From Trueperaceae bacterium (GTDB lineage: Bacteria; Deinococcota; Deinococci; Deinococcales; Trueperaceae): a DNA stretch of 62,688 nucleotides. A model generated the notes under the pieces. The model did no database searches, was not told the DNA's origin, and worked only from the letters and a program-made list of their open reading frames with translations. Location of the stretch: the NCBI GenBank assembly GCA_003556805.1, contig PWQI01000099.1, forward strand, positions 1 to 62,688, read 5' to 3'. Made by a program: the position numbers and the translations under genes. Below, in pieces: positions 1-7,417 of this stretch (within the stretch, counting starts at the first letter, position 1; each line of letters opens with the position of its first letter).

Positions 1-2
1 AG

Positions 3-1595
3 AACATGTTCGCCTTCAAGTACGAGGACGAGATCATGCTCGTCGACGGCGGACTCGCCTTCCCCGATGCCGACATGCTCGGCGTCGACATCATCGTCCC
101 GAAGATCGACTGGGTGGTCGAACACGCCCACATGATCAAGGGCTGGGTCCTCACGCACGGCCACGAGGACCACATCGGCGGCCTCCCCTACATGCTGCGG
201 CTGCTGCCGAAGATCCCCATGTACGGCGCCAAGCTCACGCTCGGGCTGCTGCGCGGGAAGTTCGACGAGTTCAAGCTCTCCGAGAACGACGTCGACCTCA
301 TCGAGGTCAGCTCCGACGAGCGCATCAAGATCGGCCAGCACTTCACCGTCGACATGTTCCGCATGACCCACTCGATCCCCGACAACTCGGGCTTGATCAT
401 CCACACCCCCATCGGGCGCATCGTGCACTCGGGCGACTTCAAGCTCGACTACCACCCGGCCGACGGCAAGACCAGCCACCTCGCCAAGATCGCCGAGGCG
501 GGCCGCGACGGCACGCTGCTGCTGATCGCCGACTCCACGAACGCCGAACGTCCCGGCTACACCGGCAGCGAGCACGACGTGATGCTGGCCGTGGACCAGA
601 TCGTCGCGAACCGGACCGGACGCGTGATCGTCACCACCTTCAGCTCCCACGTCCACCGGCTCCAGAACTTCGTGCGCGTGGCGGAGAAGTACAACCGCCG
701 CGTGGCGATGGAAGGCCGCTCGATGGTCAAGGCCCTGCGCATCGCGCACGAGCTGGGCTACATCGAGGCGAAGCACCCCTTCGTCGAGATGGACAAAGTC
801 GACGGCATCCAAGACGACAAGCTGCTGGTGCTGTGCACCGGCTCGCAGGGCCAACCGATGGCTGCGCTGTCGCGCCTCGCCGCGGGCACGCACCGCAAGA
901 TCACCCTCAAGCCCGGCGACACGGTGATCATGTCCTCGAACCCGATCCCGGGCAACGAGGAGGCGGTGAACCGCGTCGTGAACCAGCTCTACGAGCGCAA
1001 CGTCGAGGTGCTCTACCCGCCGAACCACAAGGTGCACGTATCGGGCCACGCCAGCCAGCAGGAGCTGATGCTGATCCACGACCTGGCGCGCCCGCGCTTC
1101 TTCATCCCCTGGCACGGCGAGCCGCGCCACTCCGTGCACCACGCTCGCCTGGCGGCCTCGATGCCGCGCCCACCGCAGAAGACGATCATCCCGCACAACG
1201 GCGACGTGATCGAGCTGACCAAGGACGACATCAACATCGTCGGCAAGGTCGACGCGGGGCTCATCTACATAGACTCCGTGGGTAAGTCGAGCGACCCGAT
1301 CGACGAGCCGATCATCCGCGACCGCAAGGCGCTGTCCGAGGAGGGCGTCGTCGTGATCATGGCCGTCGCCTCGAAGAAGCCGAGCGTCGAGGTGATCACG
1401 CGCGGCGTCGCGTCGGGCGGCAACGGCGTCACCGCCGAGATCGAGCGCCTCGCGCTCGAGGCCCTCACCCGCGGCGTGCGCGAGAAGCGCCGCCTGCAGG
1501 ACATCCGCGACGACATCTTCTACCCGGTCAGGCGCTACATCCGCAAGGCCACCGGCCGGAATCCTTTGATCCTGCCAACGGTGTTGGAAGGCTGA
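3..1595 (+). CDS. rnj: Ribonuclease J (metallo-beta-lactamase / beta-CASP RNase), 5' end cut by window edge
   Basis: ORF 6..1595 stays open to the window start. It has the HGHEDHIGG zinc motif and a later PWHGE-type motif. Length and domain order are typical of RNase J. Confidence 0.9.
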   Translation, partial: NMFAFKYEDEIMLVDGGLAFPDADMLGVDIIVPKIDWVVEHAHMIKGWVLTHGHEDHIGGLPYMLRLLPKIPMYGAKLTLGLLRGKFDEFKLSENDVDLIEVSSDERIKIGQHFTVDMFRMTHSIPDNSGLIIHTPIGRIVHSGDFKLDYHPADGKTSHLAKIAEAGRDGTLLLIADSTNAERPGYTGSEHDVMLAVDQIVANRTGRVIVTTFSSHVHRLQNFVRVAEKYNRRVAMEGRSMVKALRIAHELGYIEAKHPFVEMDKVDGIQDDKLLVLCTGSQGQPMAALSRLAAGTHRKITLKPGDTVIMSSNPIPGNEEAVNRVVNQLYERNVEVLYPPNHKVHVSGHASQQELMLIHDLARPRFFIPWHGEPRHSVHHARLAASMPRPPQKTIIPHNGDVIELTKDDINIVGKVDAGLIYIDSVGKSSDPIDEPIIRDRKALSEEGVVVIMAVASKKPSVEVITRGVASGGNGVTAEIERLALEALTRGVREKRRLQDIRDDIFYPVRRYIRKATGRNPLILPTVLEG

Positions 1596-1624
1596 GCCAG
1601 ACCGTCGCCGGTGGCCCGGCGAGG

Positions 1625-1666
1625 GGCCGCAACCCGCTCATCCTGCCGACGGTGCTGGAGGCATGA
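1625..1666 (+). repeat. Ghost duplicate of the rnj 3' terminus (14 codons plus stop), out of frame with rnj and intergenic
   Basis: 1554..1595 encodes GRNPLILPTVLEG-stop and 1625..1666 encodes GRNPLILPTVLEA-stop. 33/42 nt are identical, and 8 of the 9 differences are synonymous. Confidence 0.8.
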
Positions 1667-1750
1667 CCGACCTTCCCCGTCGCCCGGCGACGGGATCTGA
1701 AAGACCTGGACCGTGCCTTCGTGGCGCGGTCCAGTTCTGTCGCCGATGGT

Positions 1751-2707
1751 TCAGCGCTGCGCGCCGGTGGGCCACACTCCAGTCAGGAACGTCTCGACCA
1801 TCGCGATCACCTCGTCGGTGCGCTCGTTCCACACGTGGTGGCCGACGTCGACGAACTCGCGCCAGGCGAGGTTCGGCACCACCTCGGTGTAGGCGCGTAC
1901 GCCCGCGAGCGGCCACGCCTCGTGGTCGCCGTAGAGGAGCAGGACGGGCGGCTCGACGCCGCTGAGCTCGTGACGCCAGTCCCATGCGCCGAAGGAACCG
2001 AAGATCCCCTCGAACACGAGCGGGAGCACGTTGTGTGGGTGCCAGTTCTCGTACTGGCAGAGATTCGCCACCTCGAAGCGGGCGTAGTTGTCGATGTCAA
2101 CGTACGATCCCGAGAACGCCACACGGTTCTCCAACACGCAGAACGTGTACGCCTCGCTGCGGTCGCGCCCGTCGGCGCGCATCGCGTCGAGTTCTGCCTC
2201 TTGGGCCGTGAGATCGCGGACGATCGGGTTGTCAGGCTCGCCCATCAACTCGGCCGCGATCGCCAGCGGCGCCATCGAGATCACGCCTGCCACCGAACCT
2301 GGGTGCCGCGCGGCGTACAGCATGCCGACCGGGCCCCACAGCGAGCCACCGAGGTAGTACACCCGTTCAGCGCCGAAGTGCCGCCGCATGGCCTCCGCAT
2401 CCACCAACTCATGGTCGAGACCGACGCGCGCGAAGTCGTCGGGCCGGTCGGAGAGGCCGAAGCCGCGGGCATCCCACAGCACAGCGTCGACGCGCTCGAG
2501 CAGCGGCGCGAAGGTCGTGACCATCTCGGAGCGCATCGGGCTGAAGAGGACGGGCGTCCCGGTACCGAAACGCTGGTAGAAGAGCCGTATGTCGTCCTCG
2601 ACCTGGAGGAACCCCGACTCGGTGGGCCGTGGTTGAGCGACGGCCAGGACCGTGGCGGTCAGGGCGAACACGGCGATGGCGGTTCGGATGACGATCGCGT
2701 GGCGCAT
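1751..2707 (-). CDS. Secreted alpha/beta-fold hydrolase (proline-iminopeptidase-like)
   Basis: 318-aa ORF with an N-terminal signal-like hydrophobic segment. It has a nucleophile-elbow region GGSLWG and late Asp/His candidates (YGDHE, VGHHVW). A GGGAG SD-like sequence lies before the ATG. Confidence 0.75.
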   Translation of the reverse strand: MRHAIVIRTAIAVFALTATVLAVAQPRPTESGFLQVEDDIRLFYQRFGTGTPVLFSPMRSEMVTTFAPLLERVDAVLWDARGFGLSDRPDDFARVGLDHELVDAEAMRRHFGAERVYYLGGSLWGPVGMLYAARHPGSVAGVISMAPLAIAAELMGEPDNPIVRDLTAQEAELDAMRADGRDRSEAYTFCVLENRVAFSGSYVDIDNYARFEVANLCQYENWHPHNVLPLVFEGIFGSFGAWDWRHELSGVEPPVLLLYGDHEAWPLAGVRAYTEVVPNLAWREFVDVGHHVWNERTDEVIAMVETFLTGVWPTGAQR

Positions 2708-2813
2708 GGTGGCTCCCTCGCTGGTGGTATCGGACGCGAACGTCCGAGGGGAGCGTAGGGATCCGGGCGTGAGGTGAACGTGATGTCCGAGTCGGGGCGC
2801 ACGGGAGCGCGCG

Positions 2814-3452
2814 TCAGGCCGGTTCGCGCGCCGCCCACCAGCGCTGCACGTGCTCGAGCGACGTCACCGTGTCAGCCCGTCCTTCGGCGATGAGGTCGTC
2901 CTCGATCAACAGGGCGTCGTTCCGGCGCTGCTGGCAGTCCCAACCGGCCACCGGCAGCGAGCCGCCGTTGCGGTAGAAGCCGACGAGACGCTCGAGCGGC
3001 GCCTCGTAGAGCACCGTCACCTCCGCGCAGTCGAGCGCGTAGTCGGTCAGCTCGCGGCCCTCGACGAGGGTGACGTACACGTCCTGGAACTCCCGGTCGA
3101 CGGCACCGTCCGGGTAGCGCCGCTCGGAGCGCTGCGTGAGCAGGAACTCGATCGCTCCCGGCCGCAGCGTCAGGCCGATCTCCTCCTCCGCCTCGCGCAG
3201 CAGGTCGAGCACGGTCTCGCCGGGCCGCACGTGGCCGGCGACGCTCACGTCGACCTTGCCGCCCGCGAGGTCCTTGTCGCGCGAGCGCCGCTGGAGCAGC
3301 ACGTGGCCGTCGGGGTGCATCACCCACAGGTGGAAAGCGCGGTGCCAGTCGCCGTCCCGATGCACCTCGGCGCGTGCCTTGCTCGCGCCGGTCGGCGCGC
3401 CCGACTCGTCCAGGACCTCGAGCACCTCAGTTGCGTCCGACGTCACGCGCAT
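2814..3452 (-). CDS. Nudix hydrolase (IDI/YfcD-like)
   Basis: Nudix box GHVRPGETVLDLLREAEEEIGL. I moved the start to the ATG at 3452 (MRVTSD...), because the ORF-track N-terminus is Arg-rich and overlaps the upstream gene. Confidence 0.8.
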   Translation of the reverse strand: MRVTSDATEVLEVLDESGAPTGASKARAEVHRDGDWHRAFHLWVMHPDGHVLLQRRSRDKDLAGGKVDVSVAGHVRPGETVLDLLREAEEEIGLTLRPGAIEFLLTQRSERRYPDGAVDREFQDVYVTLVEGRELTDYALDCAEVTVLYEAPLERLVGFYRNGGSLPVAGWDCQQRRNDALLIEDDLIAEGRADTVTSLEHVQRWWAAREPA

Positions 3453-4021
3453 ACGATCCCCACGGCCGCGAGCACGCCGAGTGCGGCCTCGGCATCGATG
3501 CGCAGGCCGCGCACCCGGTTGTCGCACGGTGAGAGGACCAGGCCCGTGGAGCCGAGCATGTCTGCCGCGCGCAGGTCGCAGCGCCGGATCTCCGCACCCG
3601 TGACGTCGAGGTTGCGCAACGGCACCTCACGCAGGTCGCAGTCGACGAAGACGGCTTCGCGCGCTCGCCCTCCCTCGAAGCGGCAGGCGCGGAGGTCCAA
3701 GTCGCGGAAGCTGGTCAGCCCCACATCGCAGTCCCGGAAGGTCACGGAGAGCCCGACCGGGTCGCGAGCGGTCGCCTCGAACGCGACGGCCTGCAGCCGA
3801 CACGACACGAACTCGACCTCGTGCAAGGTGGCGTCGGTCAGGTCGACGAGCGTCATCTCGCAGCGCTCGAAGCGGCAGTCGGTGAGCCGCGCGCCGCGCA
3901 GCGACGCCTCCGTCAGGTCGAGGCCGATGAAGCGACAGCCGGTGACGTCGGCGCCTGCGAACGAGAGCCCGCCGGGCAGCGTGCCGACGGCCTCGAGGTC
4001 GTCGATGCTGGGTCGGTCCAT
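3443..4021 (-). CDS. Pentapeptide-repeat protein (Qnr/MfpA/McbG-like fold)
   Basis: Uninterrupted tandem pentapeptides (ADVTG CRFIG LDLTE ASLRG ARLTD CRFER ...). The likely start is the ATG at 4021 (MDRPSIDD). The stop overlaps the Nudix start by 10 nt. Confidence 0.8.
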   Translation of the reverse strand: MDRPSIDDLEAVGTLPGGLSFAGADVTGCRFIGLDLTEASLRGARLTDCRFERCEMTLVDLTDATLHEVEFVSCRLQAVAFEATARDPVGLSVTFRDCDVGLTSFRDLDLRACRFEGGRAREAVFVDCDLREVPLRNLDVTGAEIRRCDLRAADMLGSTGLVLSPCDNRVRGLRIDAEAALGVLAAVGIVCA

Positions 4022-4098
4022 GTGGAAAGCGTACCGCCTCGTGCTCACGACGTTGAGGCATGCCACGAAAGCATGGCACCTTCGATGGCTCCCGCATC

Positions 4099-4135
4099 GT
4101 CGACGCCCGACCGCTCACAGCGATCGGGCGTCGAC
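4099..4135 (-). terminator. Stem-loop downstream of the VOC gene (16-bp stem with 1 mismatch, 5-nt loop)
   Basis: gtcgacgcccgaccgc tcaca gcgatcgggcgtcgac. There is no clear U-tract. Confidence 0.4.
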
Positions 4136-4169
4136 GTACCGCGTCCGTGAGCAGTGCGTGCTGCGGCCG

Positions 4170-4562
4170 TCACGCCATGTAGTACTCCCACGCGATCCGG
4201 TCAGGGTCCTTGAAGGCGACGTAACGCTTGCCGAGCGTCTCGTCCGTCTTGACGCCGGTGTTCTCGATGCCTGCTTCGGTGAGCGCGGCCGCGGTCCGCT
4301 CGAGCTCCTCCTCGGACTCGCAGGCGAGCGCGATGTGATCCAGGCCGACGCGGAACGGGCTGAAGGTGTCGTCGGGCTCCGTCGACGCGTCCGGCCCGCG
4401 CACACCGATGGCCGTCCCACCCGCCATGAACAGGAAGAGGTCCGGCGAGTCGAGCACGAGTGGGAACCCGAGCGTGTCGATGTAGAACGTTCGGGAACGC
4501 GCTACGTCGCTCGAGCGCAGCGCCACGTGGTGAACACCTGGAGTCTTGATGCCGATGGCCAT
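4170..4562 (-). CDS. VOC-family protein (glyoxalase / bleomycin-resistance / dioxygenase fold)
   Basis: 130-aa ORF with the paired beta-alpha-beta-beta-beta pattern (HHVALRSSDVARSRTFY..., GLDHIALACESEEELE). A strong AAGGAGG SD lies 6 nt before the ATG. Confidence 0.8.
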   Translation of the reverse strand: MAIGIKTPGVHHVALRSSDVARSRTFYIDTLGFPLVLDSPDLFLFMAGGTAIGVRGPDASTEPDDTFSPFRVGLDHIALACESEEELERTAAALTEAGIENTGVKTDETLGKRYVAFKDPDRIAWEYYMA

Positions 4563-4672
4563 GACCTACCTCCTTCGCAGATCATGGTACTCGCCGCCCA
4601 TCCACGGTGGCCCGGGTCGCTACCCGTACGCCGACGAGTACCGGGGCACACGAGCTGAACCACTACATCACG

Positions 4673-4702
4673 TTGACGCCGCAGGCGCGCGGCGCGTATC
4701 CT
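4673..4702 (+). promoter_or_regulatory. Candidate promoter of tRNA-Pro (TTGACG-N18-TATCCT)
   Basis: -35 at 4673..4678 and -10 at 4697..4702. The tRNA 5' end lies 28 nt downstream. Confidence 0.4.
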
Positions 4703-4730
4703 GACGAGCGTTGCGGCGACGCGGCGACTG

Positions 4731-4807
4731 CGGGGTGTAGCGCAGCCTGGTAGCGCACTTGACTGGGGGTCAAGTGGTCGCTGGTTCAAATCCAGTCACC
4801 CCGACCA
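4731..4807 (+). tRNA. tRNA-Pro (anticodon GGG), CCA encoded
   Basis: I folded the cloverleaf by hand. The acceptor stem is CGGGGTG/CACCCCG and the D stem is GCGC/GCGC. The anticodon stem CTTGA/TCAAG carries the loop CTGGGGG. The T arm is GCTGG-TTCAAAT-CCAGT, the discriminator is A, and CCA is present. Confidence 0.9.
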
Positions 4808-4841
4808 GCAAGGAATGCCGTCCAGGACGGCGCCAGGAATC

Positions 4842-4872
4842 GGGAGCGGCCCCGCAAAGCGGGGCCGCTCCC
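4842..4872. terminator. Perfect 14-bp hairpin between tRNA-Pro and the convergent GNAT gene (bidirectional terminator candidate)
   Basis: GGGAGCGGCCCCGC aaa GCGGGGCCGCTCCC. Confidence 0.6.
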
Positions 4873-4960
4873 GTTCATCGGCTCGCCCGTGCCTCGCCTC
4901 GTCGCTGTCTCAGTGAACCGGACTGGTTCTCGTAGAGACGCTGCGCTCACGCAGCCGGGC

Positions 4961-6166
4961 TCAGAACCGATCGCTCAGCGCGTGGAACGGGCTGCGTTCG
5001 CCACCCAGAGCGCGCAGCGCCCGCAGTGCGGTGTCGTCGCCCTCGAGCAAGCCGGCGTACCTGAGCGCGCCCGGCGTGGCGCCGCCGCCGACGAGCAGCG
5101 GCAGCGCCCGCACGTCGGCGTGCACGTCGGCGGGGCCCGATGCGGGCGTGACGGTGCAGCCCTCGCCGTCGGCGGCAACGCGCCACGTGCCGTCGTTCCA
5201 GGGGGCTATGCCGTCGACGACTCGAAGCGTCACGGGCGCGACGGAGTCTGGGAACGGGAGACCCCGCAACGCCGCCGCGACGTCGACCACACGCACCATG
5301 CGGGTGCCGTGCGCCGGGACGGCGTGCCCGTCGCTCCACGACCAGGCCAGGTCACTGTCGCGCGGGACGTCGACGACCACGCGCTCGGCCTGGCCGTTGT
5401 AGGCGCACAGCAGCCGCAGCAGCGCCGCGTAACCGGCCGCGCTGCACCAGAGCGCGTCGTGCACCACGAGCGTCGTGCTGTCGGGCCCCTCGGAGCGCAA
5501 CTGCAGGACCGCGTAGGCATCGCCGAGGTCGAAGGCCGCGCCGCGGTCACCCGCCGCGGGCCGGAGGTCGCCCCAGCAGTCCCAGGGACCAGTGGTGCGG
5601 GCGTTGGTGAAGTTCCAGAGAGCGGCGCAGCGCCGGTAGAGCGGTGCCAGCGCCGCCCTGAGCGGACCCTCGAGGGCGACGGCGTTGGTGGTGCTCGGCG
5701 GCCCAAGCGCAGCGATGGGCAGACGCAGGCGTACGCCCGTCGGGAGCGCCTGCCACCCGAGCCGCTCGTAGAAGCGCGGGTCGAACGGGTAGAGCATGCT
5801 CCAACCGGTGCCTTCGTCGCGCGCGCGCTCGAGCAGCCGCACGAGCAGGCGTCGGGCCACGCCGCGACGGCGGGCAGACGGTTCGGTCTGCACGGCGCCG
5901 ATCCCGAGCAGGCGACGCGGCAGGCCGGCCACGAAGGTCTCGAAGCGGTGCCCGGCGGCGCTCGAGACCAGCCGCCCGGCGCCGTCGAAGGCGCCGATCG
6001 TCGAGGGCATGCGCTCGCGGAAGGCAGCGTCGGTCTCCGCATCGTCGGGGAAGCCGAAGGAGTGGTCGCGCAGTGCCCGGTACGCGCCGACGTCGTCGGC
6101 GGTCAGGTCGCGCACGGCGTACGCGGCAGCGCCGGTCGACGCTGACACTGCCTCGGGCGTCGTCAC
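4961..6166 (-). CDS. Eis-family GNAT acetyltransferase with C-terminal SCP2-like domain
   Basis: 401 aa. It has the GNAT core (QTEPSARRRGVARRLLVRLLERA, YPFDPRFYERLGW) and a long C-terminal domain, as in Eis-type enzymes. GTG start; a downstream GTG at about 6115 is an alternative. Confidence 0.75.
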   Translation of the reverse strand: MTTPEAVSASTGAAAYAVRDLTADDVGAYRALRDHSFGFPDDAETDAAFRERMPSTIGAFDGAGRLVSSAAGHRFETFVAGLPRRLLGIGAVQTEPSARRRGVARRLLVRLLERARDEGTGWSMLYPFDPRFYERLGWQALPTGVRLRLPIAALGPPSTTNAVALEGPLRAALAPLYRRCAALWNFTNARTTGPWDCWGDLRPAAGDRGAAFDLGDAYAVLQLRSEGPDSTTLVVHDALWCSAAGYAALLRLLCAYNGQAERVVVDVPRDSDLAWSWSDGHAVPAHGTRMVRVVDVAAALRGLPFPDSVAPVTLRVVDGIAPWNDGTWRVAADGEGCTVTPASGPADVHADVRALPLLVGGGATPGALRYAGLLEGDDTALRALRALGGERSPFHALSDRF

Positions 6167-6169
6167 GGT

Positions 6170-6398
6170 GCGACCACGGCAGCGACATGGGACGCCCGAC
6201 GTTGGTCCGCAGCCCCATCGTGGTCTCGGCGAGCTCGACCCCCTCGAGTGGGCACACCCAACCGAGGAGCACGGCTTCCAGCACGCGCCTGCGCTCGCCG
6301 TTCATCGGGGCCGACAGCCCGACGGCCCTCGCCGTGGCGGCGGGGATCGCCCGACCGTCCTCGCGCAGGACCGCTGAGGACGCGTGGCTCGAAGGCAT
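6170..6398 (-). other. Coding-like fragment (about 76 codons) with no stop of its own; possible gene remnant or unannotated small gene
   Basis: This is the frame of ORF 5547..6398. The third codon position is almost always G/C over the first ~76 codons, and this collapses once the frame enters the GNAT gene. An extended -10 (TGGTAAACT) lies at 6416..6424. Confidence 0.3.
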
Positions 6399-6658
6399 CG
6401 ACGCTCATGGCTGCGAGTTTACCACCGTCGCCCAGCGCTCCCTTTCCACGGCGGGTTCTGGTCGGTGTTACGCGCCGGGCGGCGCTCCGGAGACCAGCGC
6501 CTCGCCATGGGCGCCATGACCAGCAGCCGTCACGGTAGGGTCATGCGGTCCGAGCCGACGGCCGCACGGGCCGATCCCGGCTATCCTGACGGATCGCGAC
6601 GCGTGACGGCGCTGCAGCCGTCGGCGCGATCGTCCACATCCGCTCGCACAGGAGATCC

Positions 6659-7396
6659 ATGTCCTCTTCCACAGCCCGCGGCTACCTCGTTCACCTCTAC
6701 ACGACGTCGACCCTGTTCTTCGTGGTCCTGGCCGTGCAGTGGATCCTCGACAGTCGCTACGAGTGGGCGCTCATCGCGCTGGCGATCACGGTGGTGATCG
6801 ACGCCACCGACGGCGCCCTGGCACGCAAGCATCGCGTCGCGCAGACCGTCCCGAACATCGATGGCTCGTTGCTCGACAACGTCATCGACTTCGTGTCCTA
6901 CGTGTTCCTGCCGCTCCTGTTCCTCATCCACGCCGAGTTGCTGCTGCAGCCGGTCACGGCGTTCGCCACGCTGCTGGCGTTCAGCTCCGCGTACGGCTTC
7001 TCACGGACCACCGCGAAGCAGAGCGACGAGGGCTTCTTCGTAGGGTTCCCGTCGTACTGGAACGTCGTCGTGTTCTACGCCTTCCTCCTCGACTTCACGC
7101 CCGCGTTCACGACGGCGCTGGTCGTCGGCCTCAGCCTGCTCGTCTTCACGGGCGTCCGGTTCCTGTACGTCACTCGCCTGCCCCGCGGACGCACGCTCCA
7201 CCTCGTCTTGGGGAGCCTGTGGGGTGCGACCGCGTTGGCCGCATTGTTGGTCGAGGCGGGCCCGTTGCGGAGCGGCCTCGCCTACGCCTCGTTGACCTAC
7301 GTGGTCTTCTACGTCGTGCACTCGGTCGTCCTGGACGTGCAGAGCCGGCGAGCGCGCGCGTCGCGACCCTTGCGGCCGGCCGACGTGAACGACTGA
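6659..7396 (+). CDS. CDP-alcohol phosphatidyltransferase family, phosphatidylcholine-synthase (Pcs)-type motif
   Basis: Polytopic 245-aa membrane protein with DG-AL-AR-x12-G-SLL-D-NVI-D (DGx2ARx12Gx3Dx3D). An AGGAG SD precedes the ATG. Confidence 0.7.
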   Translation: MSSSTARGYLVHLYTTSTLFFVVLAVQWILDSRYEWALIALAITVVIDATDGALARKHRVAQTVPNIDGSLLDNVIDFVSYVFLPLLFLIHAELLLQPVTAFATLLAFSSAYGFSRTTAKQSDEGFFVGFPSYWNVVVFYAFLLDFTPAFTTALVVGLSLLVFTGVRFLYVTRLPRGRTLHLVLGSLWGATALAALLVEAGPLRSGLAYASLTYVVFYVVHSVVLDVQSRRARASRPLRPADVND

Positions 7397-7417
7397 CGGC
7401 GGGGGCCCGAGCGAGCG

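Noticed and set aside
4697-4706. Shared 10-mer TATCCTGACG at the tRNA-Pro promoter and again at 6582..6591 upstream of the Pcs-like gene
   Set aside because: A single shared 10-mer in about 125 kb of two-strand sequence is expected many times by chance. It is not evidence for a common regulatory motif.
1751-6166. Genomic island hypothesis for the hydrolase/Nudix/PRP/VOC/GNAT genes flanking tRNA-Pro
   Set aside because: There is no integrase and no visible direct repeat of the tRNA 3' end. Codon style looks the same as the rest of the window. The rnj tail duplicate does not flank the region, since both copies are on one side.
6073-6538. Plus-strand ORFs (148 aa and 96 aa) in the long gap upstream of the GNAT gene
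   Set aside because: They are Arg/Ser/Pro-rich, have no frame-specific third-position bias, and lack start signals. The only coding-like frame in this gap is the minus-strand one reported separately.
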